NCBI RefSeq assembly: GCF_000150275.1
Contig: NW_002060953.1
Coordinates: forward strand, 2,332,414-2,396,413
From: Trichoplax adhaerens
Taxonomy: Eukaryota > Animalia > Placozoa
Reading direction: 5' to 3'
DNA length: 64,000 nt
Position 1 is the stretch's first letter, and every line of letters begins with the position of its first letter. The position numbers and the translations under genes are program-made. Shown in pieces: positions 25,001 through 38,800 of the stretch. The notes under the pieces were generated by a model. It ran no database searches. It was given only the letters and a program-made list of their open reading frames with translations, and had not been told where the DNA came from.

Positions 25001-28000
25001 AATGGCTCACACAGCCACTGTTATAGCGAACGCGTTCATGCATTATGGTACCATGTCAGATACATTTTTAAGGTGAACTATAGCTTCTACTTTTAACTCA
25101 GGCGTATGTATTGACTTGCAGAATTCAATATAAAATTGTTTATAATATGATTTAATATCAGAGACAACTTGGATTGGTTGGGTCGTGCGGCAAATTGGGC
25201 CAAGTTTACAGCCACAGCTAGTTTAGGTGTTATTCATAAGGTACAGTATTTTCTTTGTAATTTCCAGCATTACGGTAATTGAAATGGAATTAAAGGCGTT
25301 GTAACATTGATTTCAAATGAAAATTATCAGGGTAACGAAAAGAACTCTATCAAGCTTATGTCACATTATTTACCGAAAGATAACACTTCCAGTAATGGAA
25401 TGCAGTCTGGTGGAGCATTATATGCTTTGGGTGGGTTGCATTGTACTATTCAGCATTCTTTAAGCAAATTTAAATTAATTGTATGGTAGTAATATCCGAC
25501 TTAATAATGACCTTGTTCGGTAAAATTCGTATTTTGATGTTATAGGATTAATTCATGCTAATCACGGTCATGGAATCCTTTCCTACCTTCGTAATCAACT
25601 AAAAGAAGCTGCTAGTCAGGTAAGAGTGATCCTAAGTTACTTATTTTTATCACTGTTATAATTATTACTACATCGTAATGCTTTCATAAATTTTTAATAA
25701 TAAATAGCCAATTCGACATGGTGCTTGCCTAGCGCTCGGTTTGGCTGCATTAGGCACTGCTAATCAAGGTATGTATGTCGTTTATTATTTTGGTCGCGGC
25801 TATATTTGCTAATTTTCATCGTCATGGATTTTATCATACAGATATATATGATGATTTATACGATTGTATGATTCACGATGAAGCCGTAACAGGTAAGTCT
25901 TTATAATGTTATGTACTATCAGTACTGCCCTCATTATCTATGTAACTGGATCACTACTGCGCCATATTTATAATAGGTGAGGCTTCAGGGTTAGCGATGG
26001 GTCTAGTTTTGATTGGGAGGAAATCTCCGGAACCACTGGAAAAGATGATAACGGTACATTGCGTAGAAATTAATATTTTGTCAGATGATGTTAGCTGTGA
26101 CCTAATGGTTTGAAAGACAATACATTACAAGATATTAAAATTTCGCCTTCGTACGCTTGCTTTTAGTACTTGAAAGAAACAGATCATGAAAAAATAGAAA
26201 GGGGCCTAGCGCTGGGGATTGCACTTGTACGCTTAAATATTGGATGTAATTTAGTGATGCACGGTACAAATCTTATGAAATATTGCTTTACAGATTATGT
26301 ACGGTTGTCTAGAAGAGGCTGATATCGTCATTGAAACACTTTGTGGAGATGAGGTATGTCTTGATGTAACAGTATTAAAACTGTGGTATTGTAGATACAA
26401 AAATTATCGTTGTAAAGAAACATTAAACTATAACGCATGAATTACAGAATTCTAATTTGCGTTGCTCCGGAATGTATACTATTGGTATGGCATACTGTGG
26501 TAGTGGGAGCAACAAAGCAATTCGACAGCTATTGAGGGTTGCTGTAAGTATAGTAGCTATTGGTAACAATTTGTTGGTTGCCTATTTATTCTGTTTACCG
26601 CGTTATGTAATTGTTGATATATCGACTAACTGCACATATTGATCTAGCATGTTCTCTGCTGTATTATTGTTCTAGGTTAGCGATGTTAACAGCGATGTTC
26701 GGAGAGCTGCTGTTGTATCTATCGGATTTGTGCTTGTTAGGTTAGCTGTTCGTTTTTAGATTATTAAGTTGCTAGATAACTTTAGCCCCCAATGCTTGCT
26801 CCTATGTAATGTTTTAACAAATTATCTAGATCTCCGGAGCAATGCCCTAGCGTAGTGTCTTTGTTAGCAGAGAGTTACAATCCTCACGTTCGATATGGAG
26901 CGGCTATGGCACTTGGTATATCATGTGCTGGAACTGGTTTGAAGGTACAAAAAATGCTAAAATGTATAAAAATTATGATGTTAGCTTCAACGCATCTTTT
27001 AATTAAATACAGGAGGCTGTAAATATTCTTGAGCCCATGATGCACGATTCCGTAAACTTTGTTCGCCAGGTAATCGTTTGCTGATATTTCATGGCTGTCT
27101 CTGGTTCTGTAGTGAGTAATGATGATTCGTTGTTTTATTAGGGAGCTCTTGTTGCTATTTCGATGGTTCTCATACAGCAAACAGAAGCCACAAATTCTAA
27201 AGTATGTGTAAATAACATACAGATGTCTTATAGGAATAAGTTAATGTTGAATAACTTGTATAAATGACTAGGCTCCAACCGTAAGGGAATACTTTACAAA
27301 AGTCATTGCCGACAAACATGAGGATAGCTTAGCGAAGTTTGGTGCTATTATAGCTCAAGGCATTATTGATGCAGGTTACGCAACAGTAATAATTAAAAAT
27401 AACAGTATTGTTTTTTTTAATTTCTATGATTATAACTATTTTATTCATTCAAACAGGTGGACGTAACGCTACGATATCTCTCCTAACAAGATCTGGGCAT
27501 GTCAGAACTGAGTCTGTAGTTGGGCTCCTGGTTTTTAGTCAGTTCTGGTTTTGGTTCCCGTATTGTCATTTCCTGTCCTTAGCGTTTACACCAGCTACCG
27601 TTATTGCATTAAATTCTAACTTACAGGTAAAAGTGGAAGACCGTAATTTTGGGTTTACAACTAAAGTAACAGGTTAACTTATCCGGTTAATATAGATGCT
27701 TAAAGTCGATTTCAAATCCAATTGTAAGCCTTCCGTGTTTGGTTACATCCCTTATATACAACCATCAAAAGAAAAGCCGAAAGGAAAGGTTCGAATAACT
27801 TAAGTACTTTCATACGGAACAGTATTGCATTTTGTGATGTATTGACTATAAGGAAAACTTCTTTAGATACCTACCGCGATTTTATCGACAACAGCGAAGG
27901 CTTTAGCGAGAGCAAAGAGAGGAGAAGATATCAAAAGTGCAATAAAAAGTGAAAGAAAAACCGAAGAACCCATGGAAGTTGTATGTTTAATACTATTTAA

Positions 28001-28622
28001 TGTTGTTGAAAAAGTTAATGATTAAAAATTGGCCGTATGTAACAATTGTATTTAATACATATTAGGATACGCCATCGAAAACTGAGGCTAAACCCGTAGA
28101 GAAGGAATTAGACTGGGAGTTGTTACCTAATCCAGCACGTGTACTTCCGGCACAGGTTAAAAAAATTGATTAAACATGATGATACTTAAACATTGAGGCC
28201 TATTACACGATCCATTCTTGGAAATTGATCGTAATTTATGTTGTCATTAGTTGAAATACATCGAATTTCCTAAAACTGACCGCTATGCTCCTTTAAAGAA
28301 AGTAAGTATTAAGCATTAGACTGACGTATTGAGCAAACTTTCTTATGCTTGCAAATTTTTAAGAGTTAAATCATTATGCCTGTATCTTATAGAGTAATAA
28401 AGGAGGAATTGTCATGATGAAGGATCTAACACCTGGCGAGAGCCAAGAAACATTAGAACCTTTACCAGGTTTTATTGATATTTTATAAATTTCTGGCGTT
28501 TGTAGATTAGGCTATAAAAGTGTTATCATTTCTTATCATTATCAATAGATGTTAATATTCGTAGTATAGACGAAGAGGAAGAAGCGGAACCACCTGAGCC
28601 TTTTGAATACGAGGAAGATTAA
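22053..28622 (+). CDS. PSMD1: 26S proteasome non-ATPase regulatory subunit 1 (RPN2), highly fragmented into short exons
   Basis: MTLTSA|[20 protein letters not shown]|VYYHLG; [25 protein letters not shown]; PC repeats ([22 protein letters not shown]); [15 protein letters not shown]; C-terminal [14 protein letters not shown]. Confidence 0.98.
23579..23658 (+). other. Non-canonical GC-AG intron in PSMD1
   Basis: Restoring the conserved FKQ|AVGIA peptide requires the junction aagcag|gctagt...aaaccag|gcggtt. Confidence 0.75.
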
Positions 28623-29648
28623 TTTTTTTGAACTTAGTCATCACGTAGAATGGCTGCTAATTTTTGATCGAGGTTGTCAATAAACTTATACTTGTATTTG
28701 TGTAAGTTACTTGCTCGTAGAAGCAAAGTTTGTTTATTAAATTTCTGTATTATTTGCCTTGCTTAGTTTCGAACTGTGACAAATTGATTAAGTTCGAAAT
28801 AAAGGCGATTAGTATTTGCCATATAAAAATAAACAATTTTTCAATTCCCATAACTATGATAGCTTTCTTGTCAAATAAACAATATTGCGTAGCAGATACC
28901 TCAAGATAGTCGATAATGGTCAGTGCTATTATTGATTTATAGAATATAAATACTGCAATTAAACGACCTAACAGTGCATCGCAGCAGGAGAACAATGCAA
29001 GTATTGATAAACAAAATGAAGGATATTAGCAGAAGTTGATGCTACAAAATACTAAATTGTCTAGATAACAGATATGTACCATGACTGAAGACAGTATTTT
29101 ATATTATGAACCCAGCTTCCATCTCAAAATGCATGCTGTAACTTAGAAAAATGAGGAAGCGGATACTGCAACTCTAATTCAGCAAGTTTAGCTACGTCAG
29201 ATTTTCGATTCAACTATTACCTATCAAATAAATCTGAAGTACTGAAACTAGACCTGGTCTGAAACTGAGGATCGCTAGTAGAATAAAAGTAGTAAACTTT
29301 GCGTAATCTGATTAATTAATTATCTACGTAAAGCTATTTTTATCATATCGACTTAGTGTAAGTACTGTAAATCAAATAATTAAAAGTTGCAATCAGTTCC
29401 AGTAGCAAGGTACAGTATATTTCGAAGTCATAATTTAATATACTGCCAGCGATAGTTTCAGATACCCAACAGCTAAATACCTAGTCAAATAAATGGAACT
29501 GACAAGACTAAACTTTAGGAACAATTCGCTCCAAGTCTGAATAATGACTGCTTGTACAGTACAGTACTGCATGGTATCGTGCAACTGTCCATTTTAGTCC
29601 AGGCTTGAAATCCCACTGTTTCAGTCAAATTGAAGGGATTGCACCAGT

Positions 29649-30059
29649 TTATATCGTAGAAATAGTTGGCACATTACCCTTCTTGCCATTCGGATCCGTC
29701 TCTGGATTGTTACTATTAAGACCGAGATAAACTTCTGTTGAAATTTTGGAGTTAATGAGTGCTCCCCAGGTTGCTACCAGGAACGGTACGCAGTAAGTTA
29801 GAGGGATCTTCCAATAAAGATCGTTGGGGAATTGACCGATAAAAATTTTATTCCCAGCATTAATCGAAACTAAAATTGTGCCAACAACAATCGCCGTTAA
29901 GAACGACTTGAGGAGCAATGGTTTGTGCTTGAAAACACAACATCCGCATAGAAACTTGGATCTGCCGTGACTTGCAGTCATTCGAAATATCAACTTGGAA
30001 GATTCGCAGTGGCCACACTGCTCTATCATTAAGATAGGAGTGTTTTCAGCTGAAGTCAT
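29649..30059 (-). CDS. Intronless small two-helix membrane protein resembling the bacterial NrtS nitrate/nitrite transporter family, with an N-terminal CxxC..CxCC module (136 aa from first ATG)
   Basis: Uninterrupted ORF. The core SFLTAIVVGTILVSINAG..LYWKIPLTYCVPFLVATWGAL follows the NrtS pattern as I recall it (A-x-VVG-T/S-IL-xx-IN-x-G .. LTYxVPY/FxVxxxG). This is recognition from memory, not a database result. Confidence 0.75.
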   Translation of the reverse strand: MTSAENTPILMIEQCGHCESSKLIFRMTASHGRSKFLCGCCVFKHKPLLLKSFLTAIVVGTILVSINAGNKIFIGQFPNDLYWKIPLTYCVPFLVATWGALINSKISTEVYLGLNSNNPETDPNGKKGNVPTISTI

Positions 30060-30264
30060 TTTACACCTTCTACCCAATGACTAACGGTTGGACTGTAAAA
30101 TTACGTGGAGGGCATGTTCATCAAGATCTGACCATGAAAATACTTCCACCCTTGCTGAACGTGAAAAATGTTTACATAACACGATCAGCGCTTACTATCG
30201 GTCATGTAATTACATTATAATTTTACGCTAACTGTATTGAAGACTTGAGGATTTTTCTTTCTTT

Positions 30265-30600
30265 TACTGTACTGTATGCAGTATGTAAATTAAAGAGCTG
30301 TAAGATAATCGATAGCAACGCTTACCGTACTGTATAGTACAGTACTGTACACTGAGTGTACAGTACCGTAAAGTACCGTGTTCCACATACTGTACACTGT
30401 ACAGTAGAAGATAGTACAGTACAGTGTATTGTGCAGAAAGACTGTAGTGACGCTTCGTACTGTAGAAGATGTACTGTATAGAACGTGAATCTACAGTCGA
30501 GTGAGTAGACCACACGAGAAAAGCAAAAGTTTGTTGCTTACCCCCTCTCTTATGGTCTATTGTACCGTACAGTACAGTGAAGTTGAGTGAACACTGTAAA
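30265..30600. repeat. TACAG/CTGTA island upstream of the NrtS-like gene and on the 5' side of UNC80
   Basis: gtactgtatagtacagtactgtacactgagtgtacagtac..tactgtacactgtacagta..gtacagtacagtg. Confidence 0.88.
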
Positions 30601-32843
30601 CGGACTACAAAGCTAGAATGCAATCAGAGACTCAGACAACGGAGGAGGAAGGTCTCTGTTGAGTTATACTGTAAGCAAGATCGAAGCGCAGTGCTGTAGT
30701 AAAATTTTGAAGAAATCCATTTTTTGTTTCGTAGTCAGTAGCATAGATTTAAGTCGATTTCATTAAACAATCTATCTGTTTCTTTGTCGTAGATTCTCCT
30801 GCTGCGTACATAAAAGCATAGTATACGAATATTGACATTAATACGTAAATATGAACTGTAGCAAACACTCGTTAGCTCTTTAGCAGTCACTCTCTTTTAA
30901 AATGTTATGTTCGTCCTTGTCAAAAGTCCGATCTGTTATTGTTAAAAACAGAAATCTCTTCAATGAATTTGTGTTTAAGCGTAGATGCGTTGAAATGGAC
31001 TGATGTAAAGGAGTTCAGTACTGAGATCTTAGTGAGTGTTTTCTCGTTTGGTCGCTTGCTGCAGTTACTGCAATGAAATACTCACAGTACAGTACTGTAT
31101 GTACTTAACAAAAAGAATGCAGTAGCTAGTTGCCAAAAACATTCACAAAAGTCAATCTGATACTGTCAGCCTTATCTCCAAGGTTACAAATTTCGATTAT
31201 GATATTGAGAGGTAAAAGAAAAAGCTTTTACTTTTACCTCCATGAATTCAGATTTTCCATTTTTTTTTTGCGCTTAAGGGCTACTGGATCATAATGGTAG
31301 TGTTAGCTGAATTTTATTCTTATCTAAATGCACTTAGTAAGGCTTGCTACCGGCGAACTGGCGTTATCCTAAAATTGCCGCTTCCAGCATGATAATTTAA
31401 TTTAAATTTGTCTTATACAATCATGCATATATCGGACACACGCGTACATATACTATATACGGACGATGCCATCCAGGCTCTCAATTCAAGAACAGCCTAG
31501 CGCAATCAGTCCAATCTGTACGCAATAAAGTTATAGTGATTCACAACAAGAATCTCTGATATACCATCGCAGTTTCTAAAAAATATTGAAAGAGCTGATC
31601 CAATTTCTCGATCCTGACCACTTACAGTATATATATTGAATCGATTATGTTGGACTGCCTGGTTGTTTCAATTTAGGATCATCATAGCGTTGCAAAATGA
31701 GTAGTTACAGACTACAGAAAGGCTGAGAGTGCCATCCTTGAGTAGTTAAATTGCTTCCTAAACATGATTACGTTCTGTCATACCGACTATATGCGTATCA
31801 TTCATTCATGGCAGTGCTGCGGAAATGGCATTAATTTTTACGACCAGTGTCATATTCATAGTTTCTTTCTTTTTGCTATATTCTCGTATTAGGCAATTCT
31901 GCCTGCACGACTAGCGCCTACCTATAACATTAGTAAGCCACTACAATCCGATACTTCATTACTGTAATAAGTCAACGAGGATATACTTTTATATGAGTTC
32001 TATCACCTGCCGGTATAATTTTACAGATTGCATTAATTCATAAATTCAATATTTCTATATGTTATTGAAACATCAGTGATAGTAATTATACGGTATGATC
32101 GAAAATTGAATTGATATGTTAATAAATACAATATTAATCAACTCGGCATAATAAATAAACACAGGTGCGGAAAGATACATCATGTGATTTCGAAGAGAGA
32201 GCCAATGACAACTATTCTTCATCGATTAAGATCGAATAGTCAATAGAAATCTGCCATTGATCACTCGTGATGATAATGGTGGGTATTTGTGATTCTCTAT
32301 TGATCGACACTATGTATTGCGCTTATAACGACAGAAATTAATCCATATCATCTCACTAACGTTGCCAACATTGTCTCTACAATGATCACTAACCAATATG
32401 AAAACGAAGATTGCTTTCAACATAGTCCACTAAACGAAGGTGCGTTTTTATGCGACCCTTCTTCATCTATTCAGTGAACTTTAGATCCAAAATACGATAA
32501 CCTAGTGCAAGACACGTATCATTTTAATCATTGGATAAAATTTTCATGTAGAAAATACGTATGTTGTTGCTATAGAGAGAGCGATTTAGAATATGTATAA
32601 CTAGCCTATGCCTTATCCTCTATAGAACGAAGCAAGGTTAAGCATGACGATAGTGTTCCTGATCTACTAAGCTATTGATTGTGACTCAAATTGAGACAAT
32701 AGAAAGGCAAATAATGGAATATTTTTTTCTTCATAGAAAGTAATAAGTGAAAAGTCAGCTTACATAATAATACTATTTATTTGAATCCAATCTATAGCTT
32801 TAAATCGATAAGAAAGTACAAGGATAAATCGAATCACCTATCA

Positions 32844-35800
32844 ATGGCTGCAAAGGAAGTCAATCATGTTCCTTTGGTCATACAGAATTATTTCTGGAAA
32901 TTACAAAGGTAGGCCTATAAAATAAGCTATCCAACTCTGATTTAAAGTTATCCCTCACACACTTTAAACTTCGGTCTAATTGACTCTTAAATAAACCAAA
33001 TTAGAAAATAGCAAATACAGTGTGATATTGAAGAATACGATAGGAAAATAATTCTCATCGTTAATAAATTGACGATTGCACAGAACAAAGATCATGATTT
33101 TTGCTTAGATTAAGAAGTCAAGTCTCTATCCTAACTCTTGCATTTCATGCTTTACTATTTCGATCATGACTAATAGCGTGATGGTAACCAATAGAATTCA
33201 TTCGGAATGAATTTATATAAAGCAGTCTAGATTACTTATTATCGTGCAAAGACTATGTGAACTTTCATAGTTAGAAACGTCTGAAAATTTACACTCATCA
33301 CAAATAGAATCTGACAGTATCTTCATACTATAATCGAGATTAGACTCTCATTGAGAAAATCTAGGATTCGAAAATTAGTCTCCGAAAGCCAACTGCTAAG
33401 TTAAATCCCTCCATATCGAAATATTTTAAAATGGTTTAATTTAATGACGCTACAATAATTGGCTTATCATTTTTTTATTCTATGTGGAAAAGTGCAAATC
33501 CACTTCAATGTTGATATGACATATTCTTTGAATATCCATTTGTTGGTAACAGCAGCATGTTATACTTTCACTATTTACCTCTGTTCCTGAAATCGACCAA
33601 GTTATAATTGTTAAAACTACTTTAATACTCCTTTAATATTACCGGTAGACCTATTATAGTCGGATAGAACATCTTTAACAAATTGAATTTGGGCGTCATT
33701 TTCTCTATTGACAATCTATATCTTTGTTTTCTACCATCAATGATTCTATGCTCACCTATCATATATCTCTTCAATGGAACGCGATAGCCCATTTATGAGG
33801 CCAAAACTGGGTAAAAACTGTGATGGAATATGCGTGGTAAGTAATTCTCTTACTATTGATATAATATTTTGATGAAAATTGCCAATAAAGGCAATGCTCT
33901 GACTTAAAATAAGTTGTATAAGATGGCAAGTATTCGATCCTTAAAAATTATGAATACTAGACTTTTATTTGATAACATTTTAGTATTCATCACTTAGTTA
34001 TTGAACTCTAATCTATAACTCTAATCTTGGCCCATATACTACTAAAAGAAGACTATAGTAGTCTTTCTCGCCACTCTTGTTTTAATTGTAATACATAATC
34101 TTGATGGATAGTTAAGCAATCCACGAAAAGTAAGTGAATATTCGAGAACATTAATCTGTCTAAGGTACTAACGTAATAGTTATTAGGAAGAATCAAATCT
34201 GGATACCAACTACGACAATAATAATTACCATGCAATAAAATAGGAAAACTAATAATTTTTAATTGTGTGGAAGACTCAAAATAAAATACTCTTAATTTAC
34301 GTTACTGACAGGCAAATATAAATCTAAGCAGTTATCAACAGCATCCTCAGTCTTATTTGTGTTCATGTGACATTATGATACATTCACTATCAAAATCTAC
34401 ATAATTGCAACCATATTAACTATTCTTGAATCATGCTATAATGTCCAAAATTTTAATAGTCACGGATCATATATGCAAGTTAGTGGAATAAAACTACAGC
34501 AGAATTCTAAAAAGCGGCATATTTCACTGATTCCCTCTGTAAAAATTCAAACTTTTATGTCGATAATAATATACTTGAGCGAAAGATAAGCAGTTTAATG
34601 AAAGTTCCGCAACATTCGCTGTGCATTAAATTGCCAACCTTGATGGAAAAATAGTTGCTGCAATAACGTATTGATGTGGAAGTAAAATTCTAATGAATAT
34701 TGCTCTATCGGCATTGCCTGTTCAAGCGCGTATGATTTAGATTTCAAACATCTAGTTTTAAACTCATATGATTTGATTGTTCCATAATAGATATTAGAAA
34801 GAATAATTTGCGAGAATAAAATATGTGGTTTACCAGATGGACTCATCAAGGCAATCTCATCAATATCGAGATGGGATTTTGTGGCGGCCGCTACGCCTCA
34901 TGTTATACGTTGTTGCTCCGCCATGCTAGCGAATCGAAATCAGTTTGATAGAATGAACATCGCTGAAACTAAATTAATGTACACCTTACACTGGATTTTG
35001 CTGGATGCTCGAAGTGAATGCAGTACTGAATGTATTTTATCCATGGAGGTGATCCAATTATTTGTTCAATTAATGGTGCCCCATGCTTACAATCTTAGAG
35101 ATGCGGACTTAACATTTAGACTAGAAAAAGGTATTAGAATTTGGAAAGCGTTGAGACATCATCAAGCACCAGAGGTACCCGCTTTTACCGGCCAGTCTAT
35201 TAATCAGAATCCATTATTACAACATAAAATGGTGACTAATTTTGATACTGCTGTAGTGCGATGTTTAACTTCCTCAAATTGGTCAGAACAAGGTATTACT
35301 TGGGCTATTATTTATTTGCAGCAACAGCTAACCTACTCTATCAATTCAATGTCTCAGCAATTGCTAGCAGATAGTGATAATATTCGAGAAGCGCGCTCAG
35401 CCTCTTGTTCTCGAATGCGCAATACTAAGCGTCATGTCCTTCAACACCAGCAACGAAGTTTAGATCACCGCTCCGGTAAAGAGAATACGCAAACGACCAA
35501 CCTCACATGTAATCCCTTAATGTTACATCAATTAGCCGTGAATGACATTAGCTGTGGAAATAGTGAAGCAGGAAGCAGTAGTGATATCGATGATGTTGAT
35601 TCGGCATCTAAGGAAGCCTATGATCTCTATCGTGCTAATATTTCAAATGCATTCTGCCACATCGTCAGGGGTCGAGCAAACCCTAGATTATGTGATTTAA
35701 TTTGCGCTTATACCTTAACTGTTATAGATTCTAATTTTTTACCCTGGAAGTGCCTAGAACATTATACTAGCCAGGAAAAAGGAAAGCAATTACAGGACAT

Positions 35801-38800
35801 GTTAGCCGTATACATGGGAAAAGAATCGTCTAGTAAATCAGATTTAAGCCATGAGGCTCTTCAACAAGTCGGTCAAGCATATGAGATTTATAATTCTATT
35901 TTAATTCTCGTCGTCAATGTATTTAAACATCTTGGTTGCCAGTATGGTTGTGGCGAGGGCATCCGAGGCACACATGGCGATAAACTACGATCCCAAACTA
36001 TTGATATACTGATACGATTACGTAACACAAGTAAGGTATTTTTTACCGCTTGCCTGAGAAATTTTATCGTCAATAATGCAATACAAGATACTCTAGATTT
36101 CTATCATGCTTTATTGGGATTTTGCTGTGCAGAAAGTGGCACAGGTAATGACATGGTACATCCTATGAACAGCCAAAATTTAGGTTCAATAGAAAACTAT
36201 TTGCTCCTATCGACATTACAGACATTTTTGCATCAATGCCAACAATTTGATAATGCCACTCATCGAAATGCGGTTAGTATTATTATGTCATTAGTAAGAA
36301 TTAAATGTTATTCTCGAATGTTTTATTTATTTTAATAAAATTGTACTCATATGATATCTTTCTACTTGGCAATATGCTTTTAAAATAAAGGCATTTAGTA
36401 AAACTTCCGTCCACCTCAGCCATTATAGGCTGACGAAATGTAATCTCGTTGCTTCTATTAACATGAAATAATGACTTTCCATACTTTGAATAATAGACAC
36501 TCTCAGGAGAAATTCGCCAATTACTGCGACATATTAGCCATGAATATCCGGACGTTTATTCACGGATTGTTCTAACCATTCTTGTCAAGTCTTGTAAATT
36601 ATCGAATCGATCACCTGGGCTCTTTAGCAGTAGCGTACCTTGCTCAGATTCTGTTCCTTCATCAGACAGTGATTTTACTGTCTCTTGTTCATCATCATTT
36701 TCCGGCAATGCTGATTCATCAGCCGTACATAAACCAAGAAGCTTATTAAAGAAGTTACTAACATCAAGTTTCAAAGAAAGATGTATGTGTGAGTAGCTTA
36801 TCGTTGACATGAGGCTCATTAGCTATTATATCCTTGATAAAGTACTAATGATGCATCATATAATTATTGCTATTTTTTACTGCACATTCGCATATGAAAT
36901 TTACGCGAATCTTGCTAATGATATACACTTAGTATTGCCGTAATTAAAATGATTGTGATACAGTGCTTAATAGACTGCGTGATTATAATATTTTAACTAT
37001 TTGCTAATATGTGTTAGCGGATACAAAAATGAATAAAGGAAGTAGAGGTGAAATATCGCCGAGTCATTTACCATCTAGCAATACTGCCAGTAGTTCCGTT
37101 ATCCAGGACACTGGAGAGATTACGGAACAGCCAATGACGGATAGAAGTACTCAATCATCGGCTACATATGGTATTTCTATTTCATAATGCAAATAAACTA
37201 CAACAATAAAATTATTTATAGGATTAAGCTTAGCTATATATAAAGATATAAATTAATATAAAGGCTTTATTATTATTTTAACAGCAAGTAAAAGCCGTAA
37301 TGACTATGCAGCTGAAAGAATCCACAGCAGAAATACTGGTGCATCTGTGTGGAAAAAGCACTTATCCTTCCTTAAGTTAGGTCAAAAGGCCAAAAAATTA
37401 CGCCGAGAATCCAGTTAAGTCCTATGCAACGAATTGTATTCATTTATTATTATGTTACCAATTCCTTATAAATAATGCCGGATGCCTTCTACTAGTTTCA
37501 TTTAAATTCACGAATTACAGGCTGATAATTCATATTCTCATGTGAATCGAAACTAATAACGTAAAGGTATATTCGCTAATTACTATAAAACAAATTTTAC
37601 CTCAATCACCCCTGGAATAGGCATTTTATCCGAAGAAGGTTCTGCTTACGCTAACTCAAGTGCTAGTATTCAAGCAATGGAAATTAAGAAATATTTAGAA
37701 AATTTAAATTGTGGAGTTTTGGATTTTTCCTTTTTAATTGAATGCTCCCAACCAGGCTCTGTGCCTAGCCCCGCTTTGTTAACTGCCATATTCAATCTGG
37801 TATGTCGTAAGTGACTCATTATGCTTATCATCTATATCAATCTTAAATTTCATGCCTACTACATTAATGATTCCAATAAATTTAAAGCTAATATGTTATC
37901 CGCTTAAATATGTATCACTAAATATTTTAAAAATGACTGATGTTGCTATGCATAGCATACAATACAATGCTATAGTCAATAAATTCTGTTAGACCGTTTT
38001 AGTAATAGCAACACATATACAAAAACGATTATAAAATTTCTGAATAGAAATCACCGATTGTTGCGAGGGCTCTTATTTTTGCTCAACTTGCTCATCTTGT
38101 GAATCGATGCCGTCATAACGAATGGCCCACATGGATGACGAGAAATTATTTACAAGGTAAGTAAGAGTTTAAAATTCGTTAACTAAATGAAATGTAACCT
38201 AGATATTTAAACATAGCATACAGTAATTAAAAGAATATTTTATAATGCTTTACTAATAGTCATGATCATTGAAATTGTATAGGTCGTTCGACTACAGCTG
38301 TTAAACGGCGAAACGCTCGTCATAAGCAAGCAGTAGCTGAATCATTTTATCAATGGGGTGTTGCCATCGGCAATAAATTAAGGGAGTTACACGAAAGTGA
38401 AACAATTGCAAAACATAACAGTGCAGAAGCCCATTTTGAACCTTGTAAGCTCTTATTCTCGATCATTAAGCTATAAAAAAATTAGCAAGACCATCTTTGA
38501 GCTAACTTAAAAATGTTTATAGTGTCATCTTTTATTCAATACAAATTATTTTCATACATTCCTTAAATGAATCCGGGATTACAGTTGAGATCACCACCTC
38601 TTGTCCCTATTCATTGAAGCTCGTTGCTTGCCAATTAATCTATGAAATTACGGCATTTTTTGTGGAAAATCCAAGTGTGAAGACAAAAATCGATAACTAC
38701 ATATCGCCTAGGAGAGAGGAGCCTCGTAGTAGCAGAGCAAGTGTTAAGCAGACTGTCGGTTTCAAGAGACGAAGGAGGACTATTCGAGTTAGTACCATAG

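Noticed and set aside
37415-37420. Apparent in-frame stops in UNC80 (here, and near 43005 and 44265 if the nearest AG is used)
   Set aside because: Resolved by a GT donor just before the stop and by slightly upstream AAG acceptors that restore conserved peptides; not a pseudogene.
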